From an uncultured Eubacteriales bacterium (GTDB taxonomy: Bacteria; Bacillota_I; Bacilli_A; RF39; UBA660), in NCBI GenBank assembly GCA_900320505.1, contig ONSL01000003.1, positions 1 through 45,453 of the forward strand: a DNA stretch of 45,453 nt, written 5' to 3'. A program made the position numbers and the translations under genes. Below are positions 1-10,348 of the stretch, one piece after another (within the stretch, counting starts at the first letter, position 1; every line of letters begins with the position of its first letter). The notes under the pieces were generated by a model. It was not told the DNA's origin. It saw nothing but the letters and a program-made list of their open reading frames with translations, and ran no database searches.

Positions 1-133
1 ATTATATATTTTTACCACTTAAATGCAACTTTTAGGTTTGAATAGGTAAATGCAATATTTATTAGTTTTTAAGGTAGCATTTACTTTTACAATTGAGAAG
101 AGATATTCATGTGTATCTCTTTTTCTTTTACAC

Positions 134-163
134 TTGAAATTTATGTGTGTTTTATTATATAAT
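134..163 (+). promoter_or_regulatory. sigma-A promoter of the T-box/valS operon
   Basis: TTGAAA 134-139 and TATAAT 158-163, 18-bp spacer. Confidence 0.55.
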
Positions 164-169
164 ACTTTT

Positions 170-350
170 ATCAAGTGATGATGCTTGAGGTGATATATAA
201 ACTGTTTTTAGAGAAGCTATGGCTGGTGAAAATAGTTAAATAGTTGTATATCTTGTTGCAAGCAGAGCTTTTAGGGTTGTTCCTTTATAGACTTTAGAGT
301 ATAAATTAAGGTGGTACCACGGTTTTCGTCCTTTGGCATCATCTTTTTTT
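170..350 (+). promoter_or_regulatory. T-box riboswitch (Val) upstream of HD-HD-valS
   Basis: Stem I AGAGA...GGTGAAA motifs at ~209-230; T-box AAGGTGGTACCACG at 308-321; antiterminator ACG-GTTTT-CGT-CCTT; poly-T; candidate specifier GTT at 255-257. Confidence 0.9.
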
Positions 351-369
351 ATATTAGGAGGTGAGAAGT

Positions 370-1104
370 ATGGATGATATTGATAAGTTATTTTTAGAAT
401 ATACTAGTAAATATGACTTTCCTGAATGCAGGTTTAAAGTAGAGCATTCTTTTAGGGTTAAAGATTTCGCTATGTCTATTGCAGAAAGTCTTAATTTTTC
501 AGAAGAAGATAAAAGGCTTGTTTACAAGGCTAGTTTACTTCATGATATAGGAAGATTTGAACAGTTTAAAAGATATCATAATTTTCGAGATAGAGATAAT
601 GAATATCATGGAGATATTGGTATTAAGGTTTTATTAAATAATGATTTAATCGATAAATTTTCAGAAAATAGTTTTGAAAGAAAGACAATTCTTAAGGTTT
701 GTAAATATCATGGAACTATGGATGAGCTTGGTGATTCTAAAGAAGATACTATTATAAAAATAGTTAGAGATAGTGATAAGATTGATATTTTAAATAGTGC
801 TTTAAAAGGAGAGATTGTTCTTCATATTGAAAATGCTAATGTATCAGATTATGCTAAAGAAACTTTTAATAATCATACTCTTTTAAATTTAAAGGAGATG
901 GCAACTCCTGCAGATAGATTTGTCGTGTGGCTTTGCTTTACATTTGATTTTAATTTTAAATATACTTTTAAATATTTAAAGGATACTAAATTACTTGATA
1001 AATTAATTATTAAATATATTAATAAAACAGATAATCAAAGTACTAAAGATGTTTATAAGGATATGGGACGAGTGATTAATAAGTATATAGAGGAGCATAT
1101 ATAA
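370..1104 (+). CDS. HD-domain phosphohydrolase
   Basis: H...HD (LLHDIGRF), YHG and RDSDKID motifs; ATG 370 follows RBS AGGAGGTG (ORF track starts at GTG 361). Confidence 0.85.
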   Translation: MDDIDKLFLEYTSKYDFPECRFKVEHSFRVKDFAMSIAESLNFSEEDKRLVYKASLLHDIGRFEQFKRYHNFRDRDNEYHGDIGIKVLLNNDLIDKFSENSFERKTILKVCKYHGTMDELGDSKEDTIIKIVRDSDKIDILNSALKGEIVLHIENANVSDYAKETFNNHTLLNLKEMATPADRFVVWLCFTFDFNFKYTFKYLKDTKLLDKLIIKYINKTDNQSTKDVYKDMGRVINKYIEEHI

Positions 1105-1817
1105 TGGATTACGAGATTAAATTATTTAATGATTATTATGATACTTTTGATATGAGTAAAGAAGTTAAAATTTATGATAAATATTCTCATACTATGCGAG
1201 TCGTTAATTATGCAGAAGATATTGCTAGAAGTTTAAATTTAAGTGATTCAGATGTTACTCTTGCTAAAATTTGTGCACTTTTCCATGATATTGGTAGATT
1301 TCCTGAATGGGCAATTTATCATACTTATGATGATTCTAAAGCTTTTGATCATGGTGATAAATCATATGAAATACTTAAGTCTTTTAATTATGATAATCCT
1401 ATTGTTTTAAAGGCGATTAAATATCATAACAAGTATAGTATTCCAGATAATTTAAGTGATAGAGAAGCACTTTTTGCAAAGATTACAAGGGATGCTGATA
1501 AAATAGATATTATGGATAGGCAGGGTAATTATCTTACTGATGATAATTATACATGTAATAAAAAAATTCTTAATGCATTTAAAGAACATAGAGAACTTAA
1601 AAATAGTGATACATTAAGTAGTGGTAGTATGAATGTTGCACTTAGATGTGTTGCATTTATATTTGATATAAATTTTAAAAAGAGTTTTGAAATTATAAAT
1701 CAAAAAAATTTGGTTAATAAAAAACTTGATATGCTTTATGATAAATTTAAAAAAGATGAATTATTAGAAATAAAAGATATTTGTGATAAATATATGGAGG
1801 AGATGTTAATATGTTAG
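1104..1817 (+). CDS. HD-domain phosphohydrolase, paralog of the preceding gene
   Basis: HTMRV, FHDIGRF, DHG and RDADKID motifs; TAATG coupling with upstream gene. Confidence 0.85.
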   Translation: MDYEIKLFNDYYDTFDMSKEVKIYDKYSHTMRVVNYAEDIARSLNLSDSDVTLAKICALFHDIGRFPEWAIYHTYDDSKAFDHGDKSYEILKSFNYDNPIVLKAIKYHNKYSIPDNLSDREALFAKITRDADKIDIMDRQGNYLTDDNYTCNKKILNAFKEHRELKNSDTLSSGSMNVALRCVAFIFDINFKKSFEIINQKNLVNKKLDMLYDKFKKDELLEIKDICDKYMEEMLIC

Positions 1818-4345
1818 ATAAAAAATATAATCATGAAAAAGTAGAAGAAAATAAATATAAAGAGTGGATAGATAAAGGTTATTTTAAGTGTGATCCTACA
1901 TCTAAAAAGAAGCCTTTTTCAATAGTACTTCCACCACCTAATGTTACAGGTAAACTTCATTTAGGTCATGCTTGGGATGTTACACTTCAAGATATAATTA
2001 TAAGATATAAGAGAATGGAAGGCTATGATTGTTTATGGCTTCCTGGTATGGATCATGCTGCTATTGCAACAGAAGCTAAAGTTGTTAAAAGATTAAAAGA
2101 TGAGCAGGGTAAGACAAAAAGTGAAGTTGGAAGAGATAAGTTTTTGGATGAATGCTGGAAGTGGACAAAAGAGCATTCTGACACAATAAGAGCTCAATGG
2201 GCAAAACTTGGAATAAGTCTTGATTATTCTAAAGAACGCTTTACTTTAGATGATGGTATTTCTAAAGCAGTAAGACGTGTTTTTGTCAATTATTACAATA
2301 AAGGATTAATATACAGAGGAGAGAGGATGATCAACTGGGATCCTGCTGCTAAAACTGCTCTTTCTAATGAAGAGGTTATCTATAGTGAGGAAAAGAGTGC
2401 ATTTTATCATTTGAAGTATAAGCTTGCAGATAGTGATGATTATCTTGACGTTGCAACAACTCGTCCTGAAACTCTTTTTGGAGATACCGCAGTTGCTGTA
2501 AATAAAGATGACAAAAGATATAAGAAGTTTATTGGTAAAAATGTTATTCTTCCTATTATGAATAAAGAAATACCAGTTATTGCAGATCCTCATGCAGATA
2601 TGGAAAAAGGAACTGGTGTTGTTAAGATTACTCCTGCTCATGATCCTAACGATTATGAAGTTGGAAAAAGACATAATCTAGAAGTCATTCAAATAATGAA
2701 TGATGATGCTACAATGAATGATAATGTTCCTTTAAAATATAGAGGACTTACTAGAGAAGCATGTAGAGAACAAGTTGTACATGATTTAGATGATTTAGGA
2801 CTTCTTTTAAAGACTGAACCAATTGTTCATGAGGTTGGTCATTCTGAGAGAACTGGTGTTATGGTTGAACCAATGATAAAAAAACAATGGTTTGTAAAGA
2901 TGAGACCTCTTGCAGATAAGGTTCTTGAGAATCAAAAAGATCCAAAGACAAAGGTTCATTTTATTCCACCTCGTTATGAAAAAACTATGAATCACTGGAT
3001 GGAAATAACATATGACTGGTGTATTTCAAGACAACTTTGGTGGGGACATAGAATTCCTGCTTGGTATAAAGACGATAAAGTATATGTTGGAATGGAAGCT
3101 CCTAAAGAAGAAGGATGGGTTCAAGATCCAGATGTTTTAGATACTTGGTTTTCATCAGCTTTGTGGCCATTTGCGACACTTGGATGGCCTGATAATACTG
3201 ATTTGCTAAAGAGATATTATCCTAATAATGTTTTAACAACAGGATATGATATTATTCCTTTCTGGGTAAATAGAATGACTTTCCAAGGAGAAAATTTACT
3301 TGGAAAAAGACCATTTGAATACTGTCTAATACATGGTTTAATTCGTGATAAACAAGGAAGAAAATTTAGTAAGAGTTTAGGTAATGGAATTGATCCATTT
3401 GATATGATTGAAAAGTATGGCGCTGATGCTTTAAGATTTTATCTTGCAACTGATGTTGCTAATGGAACTGATATGAGGTTTGATGAGGATAAAATTAAAG
3501 CTAATTGGAATTTTATCAATAAGATATGGAATGCTTCTAGATTTTTTTTAATGAATATAGAAGATTTAAAAGAAATAAAATTTGATAATTTAAAGAATGA
3601 AGATAAATGGATTTTAACTAAATTTGAAAAGTGTGTTGATGAAGAAAAAAAATTTATGGATAAGTTCCAATTTAATAATGCTGGTGCATCTATTTACAAC
3701 TTTACTTGGAATTATTTCTGTGATTATTATATAGAGATGGCTAAATATAGTTTAGATAATCAAACTACAAAATCTGTTCTTCTATACGTACTTACTGGAA
3801 TACTTAAGATGCTTCATCCATTTATGCCTTTTGTAACAGAAGAAATATATCAAATGTTACCAGTAAAAGATGCTGAAAGTATTATGATTTCAGATTATCC
3901 TAGAAGAGAGAAGAAGTATATATTTAGTGAGGAAGAATCTGCAGTAGATGATGGAATAGAGTTTATTAAAAACTTTAGAAATATTAAAGCTGAAAATAAT
4001 ATGACTAAAGATTTAAAGGTTATGTTTGATACAGAAGATGACAATAACTTAATTGTTAAGATGTTAAAGCTTGATAATTCACTAGTTGATAAACCAACAG
4101 GAGCGAAAGCATATAAGGTATTTTCTAATAGAGTTAAAGCAACTATTTTCTTTGATAAAGTTGAAACAGAAGCTGATAAGAAGATGAAAGAGGCACAGAT
4201 TGAAGGGTTAAAAAATTCTATTGCAAGAAGAGAAAAACTGCTTGCAAATCCAAATTATGTTAATAAGGCACCAGAAAAGATTGTCAATATGGATAAACAG
4301 AAACTTGAAGAAGAGAAGAAAAAACTTGAAGAATTAACAAAGTAG
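1811..4345 (+). CDS. valS: valine--tRNA ligase
   Basis: PPPNVTGKLHLGH, ATTRPET, DWCISRQLWWGH, KFSKS (KMSKS variant), C-terminal coiled coil; upstream T-box. Confidence 0.98.
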   Translation: MLDKKYNHEKVEENKYKEWIDKGYFKCDPTSKKKPFSIVLPPPNVTGKLHLGHAWDVTLQDIIIRYKRMEGYDCLWLPGMDHAAIATEAKVVKRLKDEQGKTKSEVGRDKFLDECWKWTKEHSDTIRAQWAKLGISLDYSKERFTLDDGISKAVRRVFVNYYNKGLIYRGERMINWDPAAKTALSNEEVIYSEEKSAFYHLKYKLADSDDYLDVATTRPETLFGDTAVAVNKDDKRYKKFIGKNVILPIMNKEIPVIADPHADMEKGTGVVKITPAHDPNDYEVGKRHNLEVIQIMNDDATMNDNVPLKYRGLTREACREQVVHDLDDLGLLLKTEPIVHEVGHSERTGVMVEPMIKKQWFVKMRPLADKVLENQKDPKTKVHFIPPRYEKTMNHWMEITYDWCISRQLWWGHRIPAWYKDDKVYVGMEAPKEEGWVQDPDVLDTWFSSALWPFATLGWPDNTDLLKRYYPNNVLTTGYDIIPFWVNRMTFQGENLLGKRPFEYCLIHGLIRDKQGRKFSKSLGNGIDPFDMIEKYGADALRFYLATDVANGTDMRFDEDKIKANWNFINKIWNASRFFLMNIEDLKEIKFDNLKNEDKWILTKFEKCVDEEKKFMDKFQFNNAGASIYNFTWNYFCDYYIEMAKYSLDNQTTKSVLLYVLTGILKMLHPFMPFVTEEIYQMLPVKDAESIMISDYPRREKKYIFSEEESAVDDGIEFIKNFRNIKAENNMTKDLKVMFDTEDDNNLIVKMLKLDNSLVDKPTGAKAYKVFSNRVKATIFFDKVETEADKKMKEAQIEGLKNSIARREKLLANPNYVNKAPEKIVNMDKQKLEEEKKKLEELTK

Positions 4346-4357
4346 GATATTTATTAT

Positions 4358-4714
4358 ATGAAGAAAAAAATCTTAAGCAAAACATAAAAATAAAAAATAT
4401 GCTTTAAAAATATTTTTAGACGATAAGAAGAATTTAGTAGAATATTACTTTGATATTATTAAAGAAAGTGTAGTAGATGATAATAAGATTCCATATTTTA
4501 TAGAGATGCTTATTTAGATATTACAATCTTTAGAGATGGAACAATTAATATTATCGATAGAGATTAACTTGATGATGCTTCAAAAAACGGCGATATATCA
4601 AAAGAAGATTATGACATTACTTTAGTTGTTGCAGATAAGTTATTAGATGAAATAAAGAATAAGACAAATGATTTATTAAATATTAAATATTTAAAATATT
4701 TGAAAGGTATGTAA
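4358..4714 (+). pseudogene. decayed DUF402-family (nucleoside di/triphosphatase-like) gene
   Basis: Hand translation: YALKIFLDDKKNLVEYYFDIIK..IPYF / frameshift / RDAYLDITIFRDGTINIIDRD*LDDASKNGDISKEDYD...; matches the DUF402 YxD..DxxLD..DxDEL pattern, with a frameshift and an in-frame TAA. Confidence 0.65.
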
Positions 4715-4716
4715 TT

Positions 4717-4740
4717 AGAACCATTTATATGGTTCTTTTT
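4717..4740 (+). terminator. intrinsic terminator
   Basis: AGAACCA/TGGTTCT stem followed by T-run. Confidence 0.7.
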
Positions 4741-4784
4741 ATTGCATTTATTTTTTTATTATTATATTATAAGTACTGAAAGAA

Positions 4785-6839
4785 GTGTTTTATATGGTGC
4801 ATGAATTACTTTCTCCTGCTGGAAATATGGAATGTTTAAAAGCTGCAGTTAATGCTGGTGCAGATGCTGTTTATTTAGGCCTTAAAAATTTTAGTGCTAG
4901 ATCTTTTGCAGGTAATTTTACAAGTGATGAATTTATAGATGCTATTTCTTACTGTCATTTAAGAGGTGTTAAAGTGTATGTTACTATGAATACTTTAGTT
5001 AAAGATGATGAAGTGGATGACTTTTTATCTTCAATTGACTTTATATATGAAAATGGTGCAGATGCTGTTCTTATGCAAGATTTTGGTATGATGATGCTTG
5101 TTAGAAAGTTATATCCTAGTTTTCCTATTCATGCATCTACTCAATTTAATAATTCTTCAATTGATACTATTAAATTTTTATATAATCTCGGTATTAAAAG
5201 AGTAGTAGTTTCAAGAGAACTTTCTCTATATGAAATTAACAGTATTGATGTTCCAGTTGAAATTGAATGCTTTATTCATGGAGCATTATGTGTATGCTAT
5301 TCTGGACTTTGCTTAATGTCTTCTATGATAGGTGGTAGGTCTGCAAATAGAGGTGCTTGTGCATATCCTTGCAGAATGATGTATAAACTTTATGATAATG
5401 ATGGCAAACTTTATAATTACAATTATCTTTTATCTACTAAAGAGTTAAATACTGCTCCTTCATTTCAAGAACTTTTAGATAGTAATATTTTAAGCTTTAA
5501 AATTGAAGGTAGAATGAAGAGCCCTGCTTATGTTTATTTTGTTACTAAATTTTATAGAAATATAATTGATGGTAAAGGTTATACTGATAAAGATGTTGAT
5601 ACTTTAAAGATTTTATTTAATAGATCTTTCACTACTGGTCATTTATTTAATCAAAATATTATTAATGGTAAATATTCTTCTCATAGAGGACTTCGTATTG
5701 GAATAGTTAAGAGTATAAATAAAAGATATATAGAACTTGATGTAGAATGTTTAAGACAAGGTGATGGTATTAGAATAGGTGATAAAGGTCTTACAGTTAA
5801 TTATTTATATGATAAAAAGTTTAATTTAATTAATGAAGCGAAAGGTATATGCTTTATTCGAAATACTTTTAAGGCTAGTAAAGAAGATACAGTTTATTTA
5901 ACTAGTAGTTTATATTTAAATAATAAGATACTTGACTATAAATATAAGAAAATTCCTGTTAATGTTTATGTTGATGCAAGAGTTGGACATAAACTCTTAA
6001 TTGATATTAATGGTATAAATACATATGGAAGTGTAGTTGATAAGGCTTTAAAAAAGAATACAAGTAAAGATGATATTTACTCTAAAGTTAATAAACTTGG
6101 TGATACACCTTATTATATAAGCAGTTTTAAATGTGATATTAGTGAAAACTCCTTTGTACCTCTTTCTTCTTTAAATAATTTAAGAAGAGATGCTATTAAA
6201 AATTATGAAGACAGTGTGTTAAAGCTAGATAGGGATTCTAAAAAAAGTATATCTTTTGAAAAGTTAGATATTCCTAGAACTTTTTATAAGTCTTTGGTTA
6301 TTAAAAACTCAAGTGAAATATCTTCTTCTTATGATAGATTTTATACTAGTAATTTTGATTTGTATAATAAACTTAAGGACAAATATGATATTTATTATAT
6401 CGAGGAAAGATGTTTATTTAAAAATAAAAATATTAAGCATAGTTTAAGAAATTATTATGGTATGCCAAATTTATCTATCTCAGATTATTCCTTTAATGTT
6501 TATAATATTTATACTGTATATTTTTTAGAAAAGCTTGGATATAAATGCGTTACTTTGAGTCCTGAATTAAATAGTTTTGAATGTGATAATTTGATTAATA
6601 ATTTTTATAATAAATTTAAGTTTTATCCAAATGTTGAAGTCCTTTATCATACAAGAGTTCTTGATATGACTATTAAGGGTAATGTTTTAAATATTGATTG
6701 TCGCAGATCCTATACTTTGGTTAATAAAGATAATTTAAAGTTTAAAGTTATTTATGATGGAAGACTTACTTATATTTATAATTTTGATTATACCAATGTT
6801 AATGCTAAATGTAATAAGAGATTTGATGATAGCATTTAA
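4785..6839 (+). CDS. U32 peptidase-family protein (RlhA-like Fe-S RNA hydroxylase, long form)
   Basis: ELLSPAG, GADAVYLG, HGALCVCYSGLC, NRGACAYPCR and KIEGRMKS motifs; long C-terminal extension. Confidence 0.88.
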   Translation: MFYMVHELLSPAGNMECLKAAVNAGADAVYLGLKNFSARSFAGNFTSDEFIDAISYCHLRGVKVYVTMNTLVKDDEVDDFLSSIDFIYENGADAVLMQDFGMMMLVRKLYPSFPIHASTQFNNSSIDTIKFLYNLGIKRVVVSRELSLYEINSIDVPVEIECFIHGALCVCYSGLCLMSSMIGGRSANRGACAYPCRMMYKLYDNDGKLYNYNYLLSTKELNTAPSFQELLDSNILSFKIEGRMKSPAYVYFVTKFYRNIIDGKGYTDKDVDTLKILFNRSFTTGHLFNQNIINGKYSSHRGLRIGIVKSINKRYIELDVECLRQGDGIRIGDKGLTVNYLYDKKFNLINEAKGICFIRNTFKASKEDTVYLTSSLYLNNKILDYKYKKIPVNVYVDARVGHKLLIDINGINTYGSVVDKALKKNTSKDDIYSKVNKLGDTPYYISSFKCDISENSFVPLSSLNNLRRDAIKNYEDSVLKLDRDSKKSISFEKLDIPRTFYKSLVIKNSSEISSSYDRFYTSNFDLYNKLKDKYDIYYIEERCLFKNKNIKHSLRNYYGMPNLSISDYSFNVYNIYTVYFLEKLGYKCVTLSPELNSFECDNLINNFYNKFKFYPNVEVLYHTRVLDMTIKGNVLNIDCRRSYTLVNKDNLKFKVIYDGRLTYIYNFDYTNVNAKCNKRFDDSI

Positions 6840-6872
6840 TAAATAATATTCATATAATACTTGGGTGATTAT

Positions 6873-7154
6873 ATGAATATTTCTTTTGACGAATATAAAA
6901 ATAAATATACTAGTGGTATTACTGTAGATGTTAGGGATGGATTTAAATATAATATCAGACATATTAATAGTTCTATAAATATTCCTGTTAATGATATTCT
7001 TTCTAATGTTAATATTTTAGATAAGAATAAAACATATTTTTTAATATGTGATAGTGGTAAGGTAAGTTTAAAGTTAAGTAGACTTCTTAATAATATTGGT
7101 TTTAATACTTATAGTATAGATGGTGGTTATAATAATATTAGATATATGATATAA
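6873..7154 (+). CDS. rhodanese-like domain protein
   Basis: VDVR, HI..SINIP, ICDSG and DGGY motifs. Confidence 0.85.
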   Translation: MNISFDEYKNKYTSGITVDVRDGFKYNIRHINSSINIPVNDILSNVNILDKNKTYFLICDSGKVSLKLSRLLNNIGFNTYSIDGGYNNIRYMI

Positions 7155-7179
7155 AGACTAGCGTTGTTAGTCTTTTTTT
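7154..7179 (+). terminator. intrinsic terminator
   Basis: AAGACTAGC/GTTAGTCTT stem plus T-run. Confidence 0.75.
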
Positions 7180-7253
7180 ACACTTAACACTTTGCAAGTT
7201 GTTACAAATAGACTAAAGTTTTTTCAAGAAGATTATATTAGAATATATCAAGA

Positions 7254-7487
7254 ATGAATAATAATAATTCGTATAACAAAAGTATATCTATATTAGAAGA
7301 TAAGTATAATGAAGTAAAAAATGAGTTTCAAAATTTATATGATAATTATTAATTTTATAGTACAGACTATTCTTAATTTATAAATAGAATTAATTATTTA
7401 GCCTCTATTTTATCTTCTTATGGAATTAAAACTGATGATGCTTTAAAACTTAATGATGATTTAAATTTCTTAAGAAAAAAATTATAG
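7254..7487 (+). pseudogene. probable decayed hypothetical gene
   Basis: One protein-like frame broken by two in-frame TAA (MNNNNSYNKSISILEDKY...DNY*FYSTDYS*FINRINYLAS...). Confidence 0.35.
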
Positions 7488-7574
7488 GTTTAGAGAAAAA
7501 TATTAGTAATTCTGCAAAGAAAAAATTAAAAAAAATAAATTTATATGATAAAATTAGATAAGAAGGTGATTTAA

Positions 7575-8660
7575 ATGGAAATGGTTATTATTATATTACT
7601 TATCGTTGTTATTATACTTTTGATAGTTAATATTATTTCATCTCATATGAGCAGGCTTAATAATGCTGACGTTACTGAAAGACTTGGTAAGTTTGAAGTA
7701 GATATTATGAAAGAACTTGATGATTTTAGAGATAATTTTAGCAAGAGCATTACAACTGATTTTGATAAGTTAAACGATACAATAGAGAAGAGATTAATGC
7801 TTATAAATGATAAGGTTAATGAAAGACTTGATACTAATTTTGAAAAGACAAATAAAACTTTCATTAATGTTTTAGAGCGACTTTCTAAAATAGACGAGGC
7901 TCAAAAGAAAATTGATAATCTATCTTCTGATATAGTAAGTTTGGAAAGTGTTCTTACTGATAAGAAGAGTAGGGGTATATTTGGTGAGGTTAACTTAAAG
8001 CATATTTTTGTTTCTGTCTTTGGAGAAAATAATGACAAGATATATAGACTTCAATATACTCTTTCTAATGGTTATATAGCAGATTCTGTTCTTTTTGCAC
8101 CAGAGCCTCTTGGAACTATCGCAATTGATTCTAAATTTCCACTTGAAAATTATCAAAAGATGGTTGACCAGAAAAATATGAAAGATAGGGATTATTATAC
8201 AAAACTATTTAAGCAAGATGTTAAAAAGCATATTGATGCTATTTCAGATAAATATATAGTACCAGGTGAAACTGCAGATCAAGCTATTATGTTTTTACCA
8301 GCAGAAGCAATTTTTGCTGAGATTAATGCATATCATCAAGACATAATTGATTATGCTTATAAAAAGCATGTTTGGATTACTAGTCCTACAACTCTTATTT
8401 CAACTCTTACTGTTGTTGAAATGATTATTAAAAATATGGAAAGGGATAAGTATACTAAAGTTATTCATGATGAACTTAATAAATTAGGAGTTGAGTTTTC
8501 TAGGTATAAGGAACGTTGGGATAAACTTTCTCGTTCAATTGCTACAGTTAATAAAGATGTAGAAAACTTTTCAATTACTACTGATAAGATTTCTAAAAAA
8601 TTTGATCTTATTAGCAAGGCTGATATTAAAGAACTTTCAAATAGTGATAATTCTAAATAA
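7575..8660 (+). CDS. rmuC: DNA recombination protein RmuC
   Basis: N-terminal TM, coiled coil, RGIFGE, IDSKFPLENY, MFLPAE and SPTT motifs. Confidence 0.93.
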   Translation: MEMVIIILLIVVIILLIVNIISSHMSRLNNADVTERLGKFEVDIMKELDDFRDNFSKSITTDFDKLNDTIEKRLMLINDKVNERLDTNFEKTNKTFINVLERLSKIDEAQKKIDNLSSDIVSLESVLTDKKSRGIFGEVNLKHIFVSVFGENNDKIYRLQYTLSNGYIADSVLFAPEPLGTIAIDSKFPLENYQKMVDQKNMKDRDYYTKLFKQDVKKHIDAISDKYIVPGETADQAIMFLPAEAIFAEINAYHQDIIDYAYKKHVWITSPTTLISTLTVVEMIIKNMERDKYTKVIHDELNKLGVEFSRYKERWDKLSRSIATVNKDVENFSITTDKISKKFDLISKADIKELSNSDNSK

Positions 8661-8689
8661 GACTTCATATAATTAATGAGGTCTTTTTT
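8659..8689 (+). terminator. intrinsic terminator after rmuC
   Basis: AAGACTTCAT/ATGAGGTCTT stem plus T-run. Confidence 0.65.
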
Positions 8690-8878
8690 ATGCTTTTATT
8701 TATAATTGGTTTTCTTTTTATGATTTATGGTAATTTTTTTATTATTTCATACATGAAACTTTTAAATACTGAATATAATATATTTAGTTACATAGCTTTT
8801 TTACTTCATAGAGGAGAAGTTTATTTTTTATTTATTGGTTTATTTTTAGTTTTATTATCTTTAAGAAAGAAGGGGTAA
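8690..8878 (+). CDS. small membrane protein
   Basis: 62-aa ORF with two hydrophobic segments; ends just upstream of the next gene. Confidence 0.5.
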   Translation: MLLFIIGFLFMIYGNFFIISYMKLLNTEYNIFSYIAFLLHRGEVYFLFIGLFLVLLSLRKKG

Positions 8879-8879
8879 T

Positions 8880-9515
8880 ATGCTTTTTATTTATGATTTG
8901 CTTATTAATTTTAATGATAAACTTTATTCCTTTTATGAATGGAATAAGAGTGATAAAGTATTAGAGATTAAATATATGCCTATTTTTAAGATTAAATCTA
9001 AAGATTTATATAATTTAGTTAATTATAAGTGTAAGGTGTCTAATGATTTTCTTTTGAAAATTCATAATAAAACAAGTACTTATTATGAGAAGATAGATTA
9101 TGCTAATTTGTTTACTGACTCAAAAAAGGTATATGCTTTTAAATATGATAGTCTTGGTAATGTTATTTCTTATAGTAGTCTTTTACTTGATGAAGAAGAT
9201 GATACTTTAAATAATTCTTTAAAACTTAATAATAGTAATATTTCTTATACTATATTATCTAAAAATAGTATTATTAGTAATAAATTAAGATATATTGAAG
9301 ATATGGATTCTTATAATATAAAATATTTAAATGATATTTATAAAAATAAAAAATATGATGAGATTGAATATCTTTATAGAGAGTTATTTAATAATTTTGA
9401 TAGCTCTTCTATAGATTTTAAGTATAATAAGCTTTTATATTCAGATAGTTCTTATAAATTAAATAAAATTATTAATAATATTAATAAAATTAAGTCTAGT
9501 AATATGTCAATTTAG
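8880..9515 (+). CDS. DUF3603 (YjbA-like) family protein
   Basis: YDLLINF..YSFYEW..D, P.FK, LFTD and SxLLxxEE pattern. Confidence 0.6.
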   Translation: MLFIYDLLINFNDKLYSFYEWNKSDKVLEIKYMPIFKIKSKDLYNLVNYKCKVSNDFLLKIHNKTSTYYEKIDYANLFTDSKKVYAFKYDSLGNVISYSSLLLDEEDDTLNNSLKLNNSNISYTILSKNSIISNKLRYIEDMDSYNIKYLNDIYKNKKYDEIEYLYRELFNNFDSSSIDFKYNKLLYSDSSYKLNKIINNINKIKSSNMSI

Positions 9516-9562
9516 TTTTATTAAATTTTACTTTATGGTAAACTATATGTATGGAGGATTAT

Positions 9563-10291
9563 ATGTATAGTTTTTATTATGTTTGTTATTACTTTATGCT
9601 TTTCTTTATTATGTCTATTGTAGGATATATTGCTGAATGTTCTTTTGTCAGTTTAGGTAATAAGAAAGTTACTTTGAATCGTGGATTTTTAATGGGACCT
9701 TATATTCCAATATATGGAGTAGGTGCCTGCTCAATGGTAATATTTTTCAAGAAGTATTTATCTGATCCTATTGTATTTTTCTTTATGACTTCTGTTATAT
9801 GCTCTTTTATAGAATATATTACAAGTTATGTTATGGAAAAGCTTTTTGGTGTTAGATGGTGGGATTATACTGATGAAAGATTTAATGTAAATGGCAGGAT
9901 ATGTTTAAAAAATTCATTTTTATTTGGACTTGCTGGTCTTGTTTTTATGTATACTCTATATCCTGTTATTAATTTATTCCTTTTTGGTATTCCTTATAAA
10001 GCTTTAATTATTATGGCAATAATATGCTTTATTATATTTGCATCTGATTTTATATTTACAGTTAAAGCTCTTATAAATGTTAAAAGCAGTTTAAAGAATA
10101 TTAAAGGTGATGCAACAGAAGAAATTCATGAAAAGATTTCTGAAAACTTAAAGAAACATCAATTTCAGTTCAATAGACTTATTAAATCACATCCTGGTAT
10201 TGAAAGATTTAATGGTGAAGCATTTAATGAATTTAGAAATAGAATGATTGAAATTAGAAATAATATGAAACAAAATAAAATCTCTAAATAG
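9563..10291 (+). CDS. putative ABC-transporter permease (CmpB/DUF1113-like membrane protein)
   Basis: NRGFLMGPYIPIYG, RWWDY and NGRICL motifs; RBS GGAGG before ATG 9563. Confidence 0.85.
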   Translation: MYSFYYVCYYFMLFFIMSIVGYIAECSFVSLGNKKVTLNRGFLMGPYIPIYGVGACSMVIFFKKYLSDPIVFFFMTSVICSFIEYITSYVMEKLFGVRWWDYTDERFNVNGRICLKNSFLFGLAGLVFMYTLYPVINLFLFGIPYKALIIMAIICFIIFASDFIFTVKALINVKSSLKNIKGDATEEIHEKISENLKKHQFQFNRLIKSHPGIERFNGEAFNEFRNRMIEIRNNMKQNKISK

Positions 10292-10348
10292 GAGATTTTT
10301 TTTACTTTATGTGATATACTAGTTTTTACGTTTTGAGGAGAGAGTATT

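Noticed and set aside
1-125. Inverted repeats at the window start (GTAAATGC/GCATTTAC; AAGAGATA/TATCTCTT)
   Set aside because: Truncated context; the second is most simply the terminator of an upstream unit.
3362-3376. ValRS KFSKS instead of KMSKS
   Set aside because: A single substitution at a tolerant position with the catalytic lysines retained; no functional novelty is supportable.
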